The notes under the pieces are model-generated. The model was given only the letters and a program-made list of their open reading frames with translations, was not told where the DNA came from and ran no database searches. A DNA stretch of 63,893 nt, the filler included, from Choristocarpus tenellus KU-1152 (Eukaryota > Protista > Phaeophyceae), in the NCBI GenBank assembly GCA_964200185.2. It is 12 parts of 12 records of this genome, joined end to end, with 100 filler letters (N's around TTAATTAATTAA, not from the genome) between each part and the next. Parts side by side here need not be neighbours in the genome. Positions count along the whole stretch, not along the records: positions 1 to 8,968 come from CAXNAD020004152.1; positions 9,069 to 14,863 come from CAXNAD020009735.1; 10 more parts are not named here. One strand, 5' to 3'. Positions within the stretch are counted from its first letter, which is position 1; each line of letters begins with the position of its first letter. Made by a program: the position numbers and the translations under genes. Shown here piece by piece: positions 1 to 11,606 of the stretch.

Positions 1-67
1 ATGGGAAGCCAAGCCCCACAAATGGACAAACAGGGAAAAATTCGTACCCTCTAAGATACTTTCACTC
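1..67 (+). mobile_element. MITE family A, right-hand end (cut by window start)
   Basis: gggaagccaagcccc..aaatggacaaacaggg..tcgtaccctctaagatactttcactc matches the right end of the complete copy at 15490-15756. Confidence 0.85.
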
Positions 68-397
68 ATCCTCTGCACCGCCTTTGTTCCAATCTCCTCT
101 TCATTTTCCTTCCATCCCTTCTCTTCTTCCCACCCTTCCATTGTTTCCTTCTCGTCCTTTCCCCCTTCTTTTCCGTCGTTTCCCATCAGGTCTTCTCACC
201 TTGTCTTGTTCCTTTCATCTTTGTCCTCTCTCCTATCCGCCATCTTTTGTTACTCGGACGAGACGCTTGCTCAGAGGTTGCCTTCGTCTCCCCTCCTCGT
301 CTTGTACCCCTGGTTTTCTTTCCTTTTATCACTGACTGGATGCTGATCTTCCCCTTATCTACCACTCATTTCCATTAACCCTTTCTTCCCTTCCATA

Positions 398-965
398 ACT
401 ATTTCGTAAAAACCCTAACACACGTGTCTTGGCTCTTCAAGGATTTAGGCGATCCTATCGGATCCTTAAAACTCTAGATCTGCTTTTTGTCGTCTCTAGT
501 ATTTCTAAGAATACTAAGTTTGCCAAAAAGCGGTTTTAGTATTTAAATAAACTGTAGGGTACCAGTTGAAGTGACCTTTTAGTTTCTGAAAATTGGAAAC
601 GTGTGAGACCCATAAAGTGCATCCTTTGTATTTTCAAAAATTGTAAGAACGGTTATAACTGGATTTACTATTTCTAAAAATCCTAATGCACGTGTTTTGG
701 GTGTTCAAGGGTTTAGGCGATCCGATCGGACCACAGAAACTCAAGAACCACTTTTGATCGTCTCTAGTATTTTGAAGAATGCAAATGTCCAACAATTTAA
801 GATTATGTACTTTAAAAAATTAGAGGGTCTCAGTTTTTTTTAATCTCTAGGTTTCGGAACGTTGGAAACGTACAAGATCAATGAAGTATGTGCTTTGTAT
901 TAAAAAAAATTGTAAGTACGGATATTATCGGATTTACAACTTCTGAAAACCCTAAAGCACGTTTT
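398..965. repeat. Diverged tandem repeat, ~269-bp unit, ~2.1 copies
   Basis: Unit starts near 398, 667 and 936 (actatttc..aaaaccctaa..cacgt); internal blocks tttaggcgatcc, cgtctctagtattt, ttggaaacgt and aaaaattgtaag recur at the same spacing. Confidence 0.8.
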
Positions 966-3282
966 TTCCGGACCATGGATCTGAGGGTGGTCCGACGGAT
1001 CAGGCGGAGCTCAAACATCGTTCATACGCCCGGCTTCGAATCTCATCACTCCTAGACCTTTTCACTGCTCAAGACCGCCTGTTGCCCAAAAACACCATGA
1101 CAAGTACAACAACTTGCCCAATAAAATAGATAAATATTGATCGGCGTATCTGACAGGGTTGGGGAGGGGGGCAGATCGCAACAAACAACAAACGATATCT
1201 CGGGCATGACTGAGATATTCGTACAAAGAGTCCATCATCATATAACGTCAATACTTATATGCGCTCAGTGGTAGCTTCTTCTTCTACTTGGCAACGATAG
1301 CAATAATTGATAAACAATTTAATAATATGGGAAAATAACACTTCTTCTTCTCAGTCAGCCAATCATCCATAATGACGATGAAACGCCGTCCCAAAAAAAA
1401 GTACTTCGAAGTACTATTTTTTCTACCACCTCCACCATCGACAGTCAAACGACTCCACCGATCGCACTAATTATTCAAGCAAGCAATCCAACGCAGGGCA
1501 TACATGTACACGACGATCAAACGAAATCATTGCCGCCCCCCACACACTGTCCTACTACCACCTTCGGGATGGATTCCCATTATTCGTAGCGGGGCCCTTA
1601 AAAGGTGCCGCAACACTTCCAAAAAAAAACATATGGGCACTTTTCGTGCACCGTTCCGGGTCTCGCTCATCCTCAATAGTATGCTCCATCCTCAATTTTG
1701 GTGATCAGCTGTTAATTGAGGATTATCCCGGCTCATCAACGGAAGCACCACATAACTACTTCTCCACACTACCCCAACCTGACCGTTAAACAAGTTGCAC
1801 TTATATTAATTGCACACCCTTTGTTCGTGCCTGTCTTGTTGATCATTGTGTTCAGTCATTCCAACGTTTGTCACTTCTCATCGTCTCCTGAATGTTGTGC
1901 TGGGCTCGCCTTAGCTTTACTCTGCAGTGGGGCCTTGCCACCTCTTTTTGGGGTTTCCACTGTTGTAGTTGTGGTATAGTGACAAAAGAGTATAGATGCA
2001 CGACAATCTGCAGTGCTTGCCGCATGGACTTTGGATCATCGGAAAACATATTTCCCTAAAAGGAGTATTATAGCATCTAGTTCTTTTGAACCTGTGCATT
2101 CCTGGAAGGGAACTCTGTCGCTTCAACCACCCATTGAGGTAGACAGGGTTGGGAGAGAGTCGATATAAATGTGTACATTGGAGTATTGGTTAATTGCCCA
2201 CATTACAGTGGATTGTAGTCTTAAAAAGATATATCCTGACCCTAAGCAGACTTGGACTTGTCCAACCTCAACCTCTTCCTCTCGATTATAGTTCGTCTTG
2301 GTCTGTCGGGTCTGTCTTGCCTGGTGATTCTCTTCACCACCTTCGCTTGAGTGAACCACGCTGCCACATAATCACACGATTCATAGAGAAGTTGGGACAT
2401 TTGTCCACACCGTTCTCCCTTGGAAATAAAATTGAGTTCACTCGTAAATCTTTGATTTATGACGATGTGTCCAAATATCTTTAACTCCAATTTACGTTTG
2501 GAACGAACATTGATTTGTCGAAGATTGATTTGTCGACAATTGATTTGTACAGTATGCCATAAATGGGATGGATTTGTTGGAGATGTGGAGGGATTGGAGT
2601 TATTCAATAGTGTATGACGCGCCACTCAACTACATGGACGTGTGATTAGTTTTTGATTATATTGTGGAAGTGTCAAAGGTGCCAAGTTCTCTGCCCAAGG
2701 GGACAATCACAATCACCGGAATGAAACTCCTTAACCTCAGAGGGTGGGACCGAGTTTGAAGGTCTTGGCTCTAATCTCAGAACAGATCAGTAAATCCAGA
2801 ACAGAACAACACGTTCAGAACACGACAGATGTTCCAGAGTGACTGAGCAACGTCACAGCAAAGAAATGGATTTTACAGAATCGGAATGGTTCTTCGTTCT
2901 GAGGGTCCATTTTGGCTGTTTGGTCAAATCCGGCTCTCATGGGTGTGATTGTTTCTTGGACTGGTCGGTATGGATGAGCTCAAATGACGTGGTTGGCGCG
3001 CGCAATTGTTAATGACCGCGCGTCTTATACATAACGTGCGTGTCGGAGATCCCAAAAAAGGAACATGTCCCTGACAATATTCATAAAAACGTTTTTCTAC
3101 CCAAATTAGATTATTTGAGTTTACAACTAGGTGTGATGTATCTCCCTCATACTTGATACCCATGCAGATCCAACTTCTCCATGAACACATTACACATCCT
3201 AGTGTTCATACTCCTACTAGACCCTAAGGCAGGCTATAATTTAGCAATATAGCGTTCTTGATCTTCAAAAGACTGCTTTTCC

Positions 3283-6267
3283 ATGGAGGGGAAAGATGTA
3301 TTGCGATATACCAAGGAGCCATTTGCCCTGGATCTGGATGAAGTTCGTGACCTCCAGGTATGGCAATCACCAACCTTGAGATCCAAAGAACAAATGAGAA
3401 AAAGCACAGCACCGCCAAACAAGGCACCCGCACGAACGTATCGCCATGATCATGCGTCCATAGACAGCGTGGAAACCTGTGACTTCCCTTCTTGTTCTTC
3501 AACCTTCATTGCTAATCTCCCTTTGAATGTACTGTCCCCTCCTCTCTAATGACTACCGCCTTGTATGGATGTCTTGATCACATGGGTAGTATAAATCAGC
3601 GTGGTTTTTGTGGTCTTCGGTGCCTCCATCAGCCACGGGTCAGTAGTATATGAGTGAGGAACATTAATGTTACACTTGTCTCAAGACCATCTTCAAAAAA
3701 TGTTTTTCCCTACCATTTACAGCTCTCCTTGCCCACGACCAACGCTGTTGTTGCCCACTATGATTTCGCAGATGGATGGCATGGGTTGGAAAACACCTAA
3801 GCATACCTTTGCTTTGGAGGACAACTCGCTTGATATGGACGAAGCAACGAACGCACCATGCGAAGATGCGGCCATTTCATCATCCCTAAAAAGCAATGGG
3901 TCCTTGAGTTCTTTGTCCAAGTGGGTGATGCCCAGCCCTGTCAAAAGCATAAGGGGTGCGGTGAGAAGGCTGGGGTCGATCATAAGTCCAGTGAGGAGTT
4001 CCCTCACAGCTTCAAAGATGAGGAGAAAACATATTTCTGAGAGTGATTTAAGACCTTGGGACGCTGATTGCTGGACTGTGAGCACCCGGTCCATTCGCGG
4101 CTTCAGGCACTCGGCCACATGGAATGAGGATGCCTTCAAAGTCACTAATGACCTGTTTGGGGAAGAAGGAGCGCCGCAGCGACCACCATCCATAGGGAAG
4201 GTCGGTTTATATGCAGTATTTGATGGACATGGGGGCCGCGCCTGCAGCCACTTTGCCGCAGACGTGATCGCCCTGGCAGTTGCACGCAGCCCTGCTTGGG
4301 CACAGCTGACTGATCATGATAACAGCCACGACCAATCCGCATACCGCAATTGTGGTGAGGATATTTTTGATCTCTTTACTGATAGCTATGGTGATGGTAA
4401 AAAAGATACCACTCCAATGCCTATCCAGTCACCCCTAATCACTGAGAGACGCCAAGAGTTTCTGAAGTCAGTGATGGTGCAGGTATTGGAAGACGGCTTT
4501 CGCATGACGGAGCTTGCTTTTGAGCTACAGGAAAAGAGACTACTAGGAAACAGTGGGTCCACCGCTGTTGTTGCACTCATTTGTAGTGGCTGGCTTGTCA
4601 TCGCCAACTTGGGGGATGCAGGGGGGATGTATTATAATGATGGGGACAGTGGGGATGACGGTGGACCCAAGATTGTGCACACGAAGGTAAGGGACAAGAA
4701 CAGGAGAGGTGCGCTAGTGGAAGTATCTTTCCTGTGAAGGTTCAATTATTGTTCAGCTTGTCAATGTGCGTATCTCTCCCATGTGCATCCTCACCTCGCA
4801 TGCATTTTATTGTCCTTTTGACTTGCGCCTATTCTTTTCTTTCTCCCGTGTTGTTTTATGTTCATATTTCCCTGCAACGACCTACTGATGTCTGCTGTTC
4901 ATGGCACAATCAACTGATGTGATGTAAGGCACACTCTTTCCAGAATCCTGATGAACGGGCACGTGTGAAGCAGGCAGGGGGATACTTTGAGAATGGGCGA
5001 CTTTTTGGTATGCTGGAACCCTCACGTGGTCTTGGGGACAATGACATCCGTAGGTGAGGGAAGGAGACAGTAGAATAACTCCACTTGTTTGTGTACATTT
5101 TTTTTCTGCAGTCTTGCTGGGATATTGAAGAGTTCATTATGTCTATTTTTCGTGATAGATATACCTTTTTTTTGTTTTGTGCTTGTGGAAGAGACACATA
5201 GCATAGAAAATGCTGCTATTGATGAGTGGTATCTTTGATGGTTCAGAAATGTATATTTTATCAACTGTGAAGAGAGATCTATCCCTGCCCTTACATCCTT
5301 TTCACCTGTTTCATTGAAGGTGAATGCTTGGGCTTTGGTGCATTGTTGCATGTCCCTTACTCAAATACATCCATGATTGCACCATGGAAGATCATGGCTA
5401 AGGACAGTGTTCTGGGTGATTTCACCGTTCTTGTTTTTTGGGGGGCTCATGATTAAGATACACCTTCACTCACAGAAAAGAAAATGCACTATATTTCTTC
5501 AAGGCTTACTGCCCCGACAACCTATCATAATACCCCTCTCCCCCCATTGCTGTTCCACTACACCTCACAATCCCTGGACCATGTACTGGTCGCTGTTTTT
5601 AGAGTTGCGTATCTTTGTTTGGAAAAAAATGATAGTGTGTGCAAATGATGATGACATGTACTGTTGAAGAAGGTGCCCCTTGGCAATAAGTTGAAGAACA
5701 AACAACTGAAATTCCTTTTTCTTATGTTTAGTTTGAACACTCAAGTTACAGCACATGGCTGAGTCTAGTGAGAATATTATCCTGTACCCCACTGAAAATT
5801 TCAGACATCATTGACCTTGAACCTTCTCGTGAATCAAAGCAAATAGCAAATAGCATCCCCCCCTTTACATATAGTAACGCATATTTTAATAGTAATCTGT
5901 CTACACAATTCTACCCGCCCCTCCCCCAGCAATCCACTATTGTCCTCTCGTTCATCACCTTAGAGACTGTTTTTTTGTAACCATTTTTTTTAGGGTCAAG
6001 GAGGGTGTGCTGATTTCGACTCCAGAAGTGATTGTGCAACGCATTGTTCCTGCACGTCTATGTGCCTTCCTGGTCTTAGGCAGTGATGGTTTGTGGGGGG
6101 CCATGTCATCAGCTAAGATTATAAAGGCGGTACAGTCAGGTGTGCGACGGCAGCGGCTGAGAAAGTCTGATGCAAAAGAAGTCCAGGTGGCTACAACAAT
6201 TACCCGTTTAGCTGCATCGGCAGAGGAAGGCGATGATATTACAGCTGTGGTGGTGATGATAGGGTGA
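3283..6267 (+). CDS. Protein phosphatase 2C (PPM family), 4 exons, 462 aa
   Basis: Exons 3283-3357, 3772-4686, 4929-5053, 5994-6267; all GT-AG with compatible phases (0,0,2), 1389 nt in total. PPM motifs in order: NEDAF, VFDGHGG, SGSTAVV, IANLGDA, PSRGLGD, LGSDGLW, DDITAVVV. Exon 1 is the least certain. Confidence 0.9.
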
Positions 6268-6599
6268 CATAGTGGCCCATGGCAGTAGGACTGCTCCATG
6301 GCAAGAGGAAGTGATGACAAGCAACTCAAGTTACTATGATAAGCAACTCAAGTTACTATTTCACATTCTTCGGCATAGTGAATTTTGTAATTACAATTGT
6401 GTCAAGGGTCAATTGAGGAAGGCTTGAATGGTACATTATCATTGTATGTTCTTTTCCTATTTGTTGGTGCATTAGCAACAAAGGTGTGCAGGTATTTTTA
6501 TGGTAGGTGTTTTTTCTTGTCCTATAGTTTGAACCTCTTTTGTACTTTCTATCTTTAAACAATACTACAGCATTGTGTATAGTTAATGGTTTAATTGTG

Positions 6600-8370
6600 C
6601 TTATTCTGGCAAAAGAGTAGGGTTAGACAGTACTGAGGTAGGGTCAGAAGTAATCCATGTGGCAAGAAGTTTTTTGTGGCACCCCCCTTTTCCCAATTGT
6701 TCTTACCCTTGTAGTGGAAAGATGAGCCCCTTGCCTGTACCCTGTTTCCCCCTCCAATGTGAAGTATGGCACTTGAAGTGGTGCTGATGTTTTCTTTTTC
6801 TGTGTGGGATAGGTTTATTTTAAAGGACACCTGTGACCTATGGAACCATGTACATATACTCAGAGATTGGAAAGCAAATGCTGTGTATGGGGGGAAAGAT
6901 AGGGCTGTGGGGGGGGGATATAGTTGCGTCTCATCAAGACATTTCCAAAGTTTTGACACTTTCTGTTGAAGATTTGATAATGCTGTGGGTGAGATGCATT
7001 TATGATCTTGACAAAGTCCATTGGGGACACTTTTTCAGACCAGGTTGATGTGTTGTATGGGAACATATATGCTCCTGTCAAAGCTTTGGGGTTTGTATGT
7101 TTGAGTGTTCTGCATTTCTTCTCCTGTATGATAATTTGAATGATATGAGTATGCTTGAGTGCAGTTCTTCCTCTTGCGGTTGGTGGTTGCTTCCTCTTCT
7201 TTGTCAATTTGTATTTTCCATTTTTTTTCTCAATTCATGTTGTAGTGCTCATGAATGAGGTTTTCCATTTGTGGTCAAATAGTGATGTCCGTATTGGAAG
7301 AGGAGAAGGGTAACCACTGGTGCTGAGGAGGTTTGAAGAACCCAGATAACTATTACTTCCTACTAGTAGTATTGATAGTAATAACTTTCAGGGTAAGGAT
7401 CTGCTGTCCAAGATGCTTCAACCTTTGAACTTGTGCTTTTGTGTGACAAGAGGTAGACGAGCGCAGCTTTGATGAAGATGCTGTCCAATGAAGTATCCAA
7501 TCAAGTATCAGAACTCCAAATACTATAGAATTTGAAGCGACAAATTCTGTGAGGTGCGACTGAAACATACTTGGAGTATTCTGGAAGGTATTACTCTATA
7601 TATCTCCTTATCGCCAAAACTATCACCACCTCGTTTGCACCCACATTCAATCCTGATACAACATTTTTTGAGACTGTAAAATGACATCACTTTTCCATGG
7701 ACAAGCAAATTGGGTGAAGTTGTGGTTTCCAATAAAACACAGTTTAGGAAAAGGTGTGGGGTGAGGTTGGTGTTAACCAAATGGGGGTATTGATGCATAA
7801 CATAGCAGATTGCTGCACAGTAGGTTGGACTGTGTTGACGGAAGTGATGCATGATGGATGCACTCTTCAAGAAATCAACTTTAGGGTAGGAGATAAGTCA
7901 CCGCCAGGATTTGAGGGCGGATAAGGGAGTTTGAGGGGAGAGTGTCTTCGGATGTCTTAATTTTGACGTGCAGGCTACTTTTATTGGTGCCATTTTGTTC
8001 TTTGCAATATGTCACTTGTCCATCATCCAATATTTCTACTATTAGAAGTAAGAGATTCAAAGTATCATTTATCCATGCATGGGTGGAAGTAGATGGTAGG
8101 GGGTGGGGGAGCAAGTGAATGCCAGGTCAAAGGATGTATGTGAGGAAGGACGGAGAAAGAATTGTTGAAAGTTTGGGTTCAAGGAGGACAGTAAGGGTTT
8201 GATAGAGGTATCAGTTCATGACTTCTCCAGCATACGTACTATGGAGTACAAGTGTTACAAACCACTCTGCAAGCATACCATGATGGGATATGTAGCTCCA
8301 ATCCACAAGGCTGGATGTGGATGATGAAGCCCAAAGGCGTCATGAAGGAAATTCCATCAAATATGCTGGA
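6600..8370 (-). mobile_element. Highly degenerate non-LTR (LINE) reverse transcriptase remnant
   Basis: Only faint, ordered RT-like fragments on the minus strand (IKTSEDTLPS ~ GxxQGDxLSP; AICYV ~ xxYADD; FGVLI ~ YLGV), with many stops. Boundaries approximate. Confidence 0.3.
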
Positions 8371-8378
8371 TCTCTCAC

Positions 8379-8580
8379 TGTTATTATTTTCTTTCTTTAT
8401 TTAATGGGGAGAAACAAATAGGACTGAACCGACATTTACCGCCTCTATGCGGCATCATAATGACTAAACAATAAATAAATAGTCAAGAAGTACAAATATA
8501 TAAACTCTAGGACTTAAAGGTCAAAATGACGTTTATGAAACTCGCTTTAAGACATGTCGCCTGTAACATACCCCCCCAAC
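8379..8580 (-). mobile_element. Short 3' LTR (190 bp) with upstream polypurine tract
   Basis: 8379-8568 is bounded by inverted TGTTA...TAACA. On the minus strand it is preceded by GGGGGGG-TA (PPT-like) and has AATAAA near its 3' end. Confidence 0.5.
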
Positions 8581-8968
8581 ATGAAGCATAACTGCTTCAA
8601 TGCGAAGATCAGACGATTGAACAAGGAAACAAAATGCTACTCCTTATAACGGCCGATCATCAAAATTGAGGATGGGCAAGACCCAGAATGGTGCGCGGAA
8701 AGTGCATATATATTTTTGGTCAAAAATATATCGGTGCTTGTGGAGGGCATCGCTACGATTTGGAAACGACCTTGACCAAGCCAAAGGTACAAGGATAGAC
8801 GGGCCCCCCGGGGGGGGAGCCGGTAACGGTTTGGCATGCTTATATGTATGGTACACTACATATAATACAATACATACATACATACATATGTCTTCTTCCA
8901 CTAGTTATAAATATTTATTCAAGGGTGATGTGGTTTGTACGAGAAAGGGATAGATAGGTCACACCCAC

Positions 8969-9068
8969 NNNNNNNNNNNNNNNNNNNNNNNNNNNNNNNN
9001 NNNNNNNNNNNNTTAATTAATTAANNNNNNNNNNNNNNNNNNNNNNNNNNNNNNNNNNNNNNNNNNNN
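8969..9068. other. Artificial contig-joining spacer N44-TTAATTAATTAA-N44 (first of 11)
   Basis: Identical 100-bp spacers at 8969, 14864, 20853, 25085, 28542, 32354, 35903, 43023, 52912, 56900 and 60624; the 12-mer gives stop codons in all six frames. Confidence 0.97.
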
Positions 9069-9460
9069 TTGTACCGTACTTGTATGGTACTTGTACCGTA
9101 CTTGTATCGTACTTGTACCGTACTTGTATCGTACTTGTACCGTACTTGTATCGTACTTGTACCGTACTTGTATCGTACTTGTACCGTACTTGTATCGTAC
9201 TTGTACCGTACTTGTATCGTACTTGTACCGTACTTGTATCATCCTTGTATCATAACGTACTTGTACCGACTTGTATTGTACTTTATCGTTACATGTACCA
9301 TACCTGTACCGACTTGTACCGTAATTGTACCGACTTGTATCGTACTTTATCGTTACATGTACCGTACCTGTACCGACTTGTACCGTAATTGTACCGACTT
9401 ATACCGTAATTGTACTGACTTGTATCGTACTTGAATCGTCCTTGTACCATACTTGTACTA
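9069..9460. repeat. 11-bp minisatellite (TTGTAYCGTAC)n, degenerating rightwards
   Basis: Alternating ttgtaccgtac/ttgtatcgtac units to ~9240, then diverged variants; abuts a contig end. Confidence 0.95.
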
Positions 9461-10004
9461 CAGTACTGCGATAGTGACATCAAACATAATACTTCAGTAT
9501 GAAACACTCTGTACTCCAACAAAATAGATGTGATCGAGCCACTGGGATCCACTTCTCTTACTCTCTGGAACTCTCCCTACCATCCCCCCCCCCCCCCCCC
9601 TCCCCCCCCCCCCCCCCCCCCCTTTCTCTTTTTTATCATTTTTGTTCTGATATTTGCCATCGCTATTCTCCTTTCTCTTCTTCTCACTATTCTTGGTACA
9701 TACAACTACATTATTGATAGCAATTGAAAAGGCACAAATCCGTCCAGAGACCCTGCCCCAGGAAAGCAAACTTAGGGATGGTGGAGCTGGCAGTACAGCA
9801 TCACAGTACTGAAGAAACCGATGGCGGGTGAAGGTGGACTGCGCTAGTACCATTAGCGGTACAAATTGTACCTTAAATCCAAACTGTACCTTAAACCCAA
9901 ACCGACAGCCTCCCAACATGTAGTTTCAGAGCAATATCCAATTGGTCAACAAGATCGGAAGCCTGCTGGTTGATAGGCTGTATATTTGTTTCCAACTGAC
10001 CATG

Positions 10005-10306
10005 ATCTGAACCATCTCGGAAGGTAGGAATTTACCCCTGTTTGTCCATGTGGGGCTTGGCTTCCCGCGTTATTATTTTTTTTATGTTCCTCTTTTTGGT
10101 ATTCTGTGTCAACACAGTTACACACTCCGAAGCATTTCGGAGTAGGTAGAATTAATTGTAAACGAGTATGAAAGGTGTGTCCGGAGCAAAGGATATGGAC
10201 ACTGCTACTTGCTGAAAAACGCGATAGCCAAAATTACGTCAAAACCGCAACATTGCATATATTACCCCGAACGGACGCAGTCCTACCCTCTTAAATGCTG
10301 TGGGTC
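10005..10306 (-). mobile_element. MITE family A, full-length diverged copy
   Basis: Reverse-complement match to 15490-15756 along its length; flanked by CATG at 10001-10004 and 10307-10310. Confidence 0.8.
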
Positions 10307-10716
10307 CATGTATCTTCTTCTTTTGCTTCGAGCTGCTGCACAACCAAGATGCACACAAAGTTAAATTCCGGTGACGGTAACTCCAATTTTTGCATGTTGT
10401 GCTGAGTCAGAGCAGATGAGAGGTAATCAGACTTGCGTCTTGAGAATGCTGAGAAATATGTTCAAAATGCGGATTTTTTTTTGCAAGTGCGTGTGAGAGA
10501 GAGATATTTTATGGACTCTGTCGAAATATCTCAAATAATAGAGAAGCCAACACTCTCAGCCCAAACTTAACCACTTCATCTATGGAAATATCGGTAAATA
10601 GTAAAAAAAGATGAAGAACTGGATTAAGATGCAGAACCGGTAAGACCTGTGTATCTCTCGTTTACTTCGGCTCACTCACTATCAATCCTTTGACTGGTCT
10701 TTATGGGGTGCTCATC

Positions 10717-10746
10717 TATCCATCCATCCATCCATCCATCCATCCA
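10717..10746. repeat. (CCAT)n microsatellite
   Basis: Directly visible. Confidence 0.9.
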
Positions 10747-11525
10747 CTGCTTTTTGTCGTTTTTTTATTGTGTTCACAATGTGCACGCCTGCAAATACCT
10801 CGAAAACAAACCAACAAATGTTTCGTGTGTGTGCATGACTCTTACTTCTCTTCCTGCTGTGCCAACCAACCAGGCTCCTGGAACGTTTCGAAACGAACGG
10901 GTTAGGCACCGTTCTGGACAGGGAGGAAGTCCCCCTCCAAGGCCGATCAGAGACTTTTGACCTCAAGGGGAGGGGTCCGTTGTGATCCTGACCGTGACGA
11001 GAGCAGCTTCTCCTTAGAGGGGGAGATCGATCCGTCTCTTTACATTTATCGCAAAAAAAAAAAAAGATTCAACTATGAGTTATGTTTTGAAGGATTAGAT
11101 ATAATACGAACAGCTACATATTTTGCGGTTTATATTATTTACACCACCGAAATATGACCTGTGCATTGCATCGAGCCAATAGGATTAACTCGCCCTGTAA
11201 CATCCTTAGCCTTTACCATCGCTGTTAAATGTTTGTATTTGGAACTTTAGTTCAGTAACTACAGTAGCGCAGTTGAAAGAAGTGTCTACAGGGGGAAATG
11301 CCAGTATTATTACTATTGAGAGGTACGACTACTTGACAGTATCGGGTATTTTTTTGTATTACTGATTTTATTGTATAGCGTGGAGTATATAATACCCAGC
11401 CTCGCTTGGAAAATTCTGTTATAAATAAAATAAAATAGGCTGTGGAGACAGTTGCCGGTGCATTCTTGCTGCCCTAATCGCTGGATCTAAATAATAAAAA
11501 CATTATTACTACTTATTCTGTCACA

Positions 11526-11606
11526 TTCTGTTCGTATTTTCTGTTCGTATTTTCTGTTCGTATTTTCTGTTCGCATTTTCTGTTCGTATTTTCTGTTCGT
11601 ATTTTC
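11526..11606. repeat. 13-bp minisatellite (TTTTCTGTTCGTA), ~6 copies
   Basis: Near-perfect period-13 repeat. Confidence 0.9.

Noticed and set aside
3667-3771. ORF-track start of the PP2C, and the extension of the AMT ORF upstream to 43819
   Set aside because: 3667-3771 ends in a good acceptor (ttcgcag) and reads as intron. The AMT start at 43972 fits family length better. Both ORFs also read through their donor sites.
9013-9024. TTAATTAATTAA recurring 11 times at 3-10 kb intervals
   Set aside because: Always centred in exactly 44+44 Ns: an assembly linker, not a biological motif. It also voids any gene-neighbourhood argument such as PP2C with AMT1.
9021-9552. ORFs with YLYRTC/VRYKY repeats
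   Set aside because: Translations of the 11-bp minisatellite.
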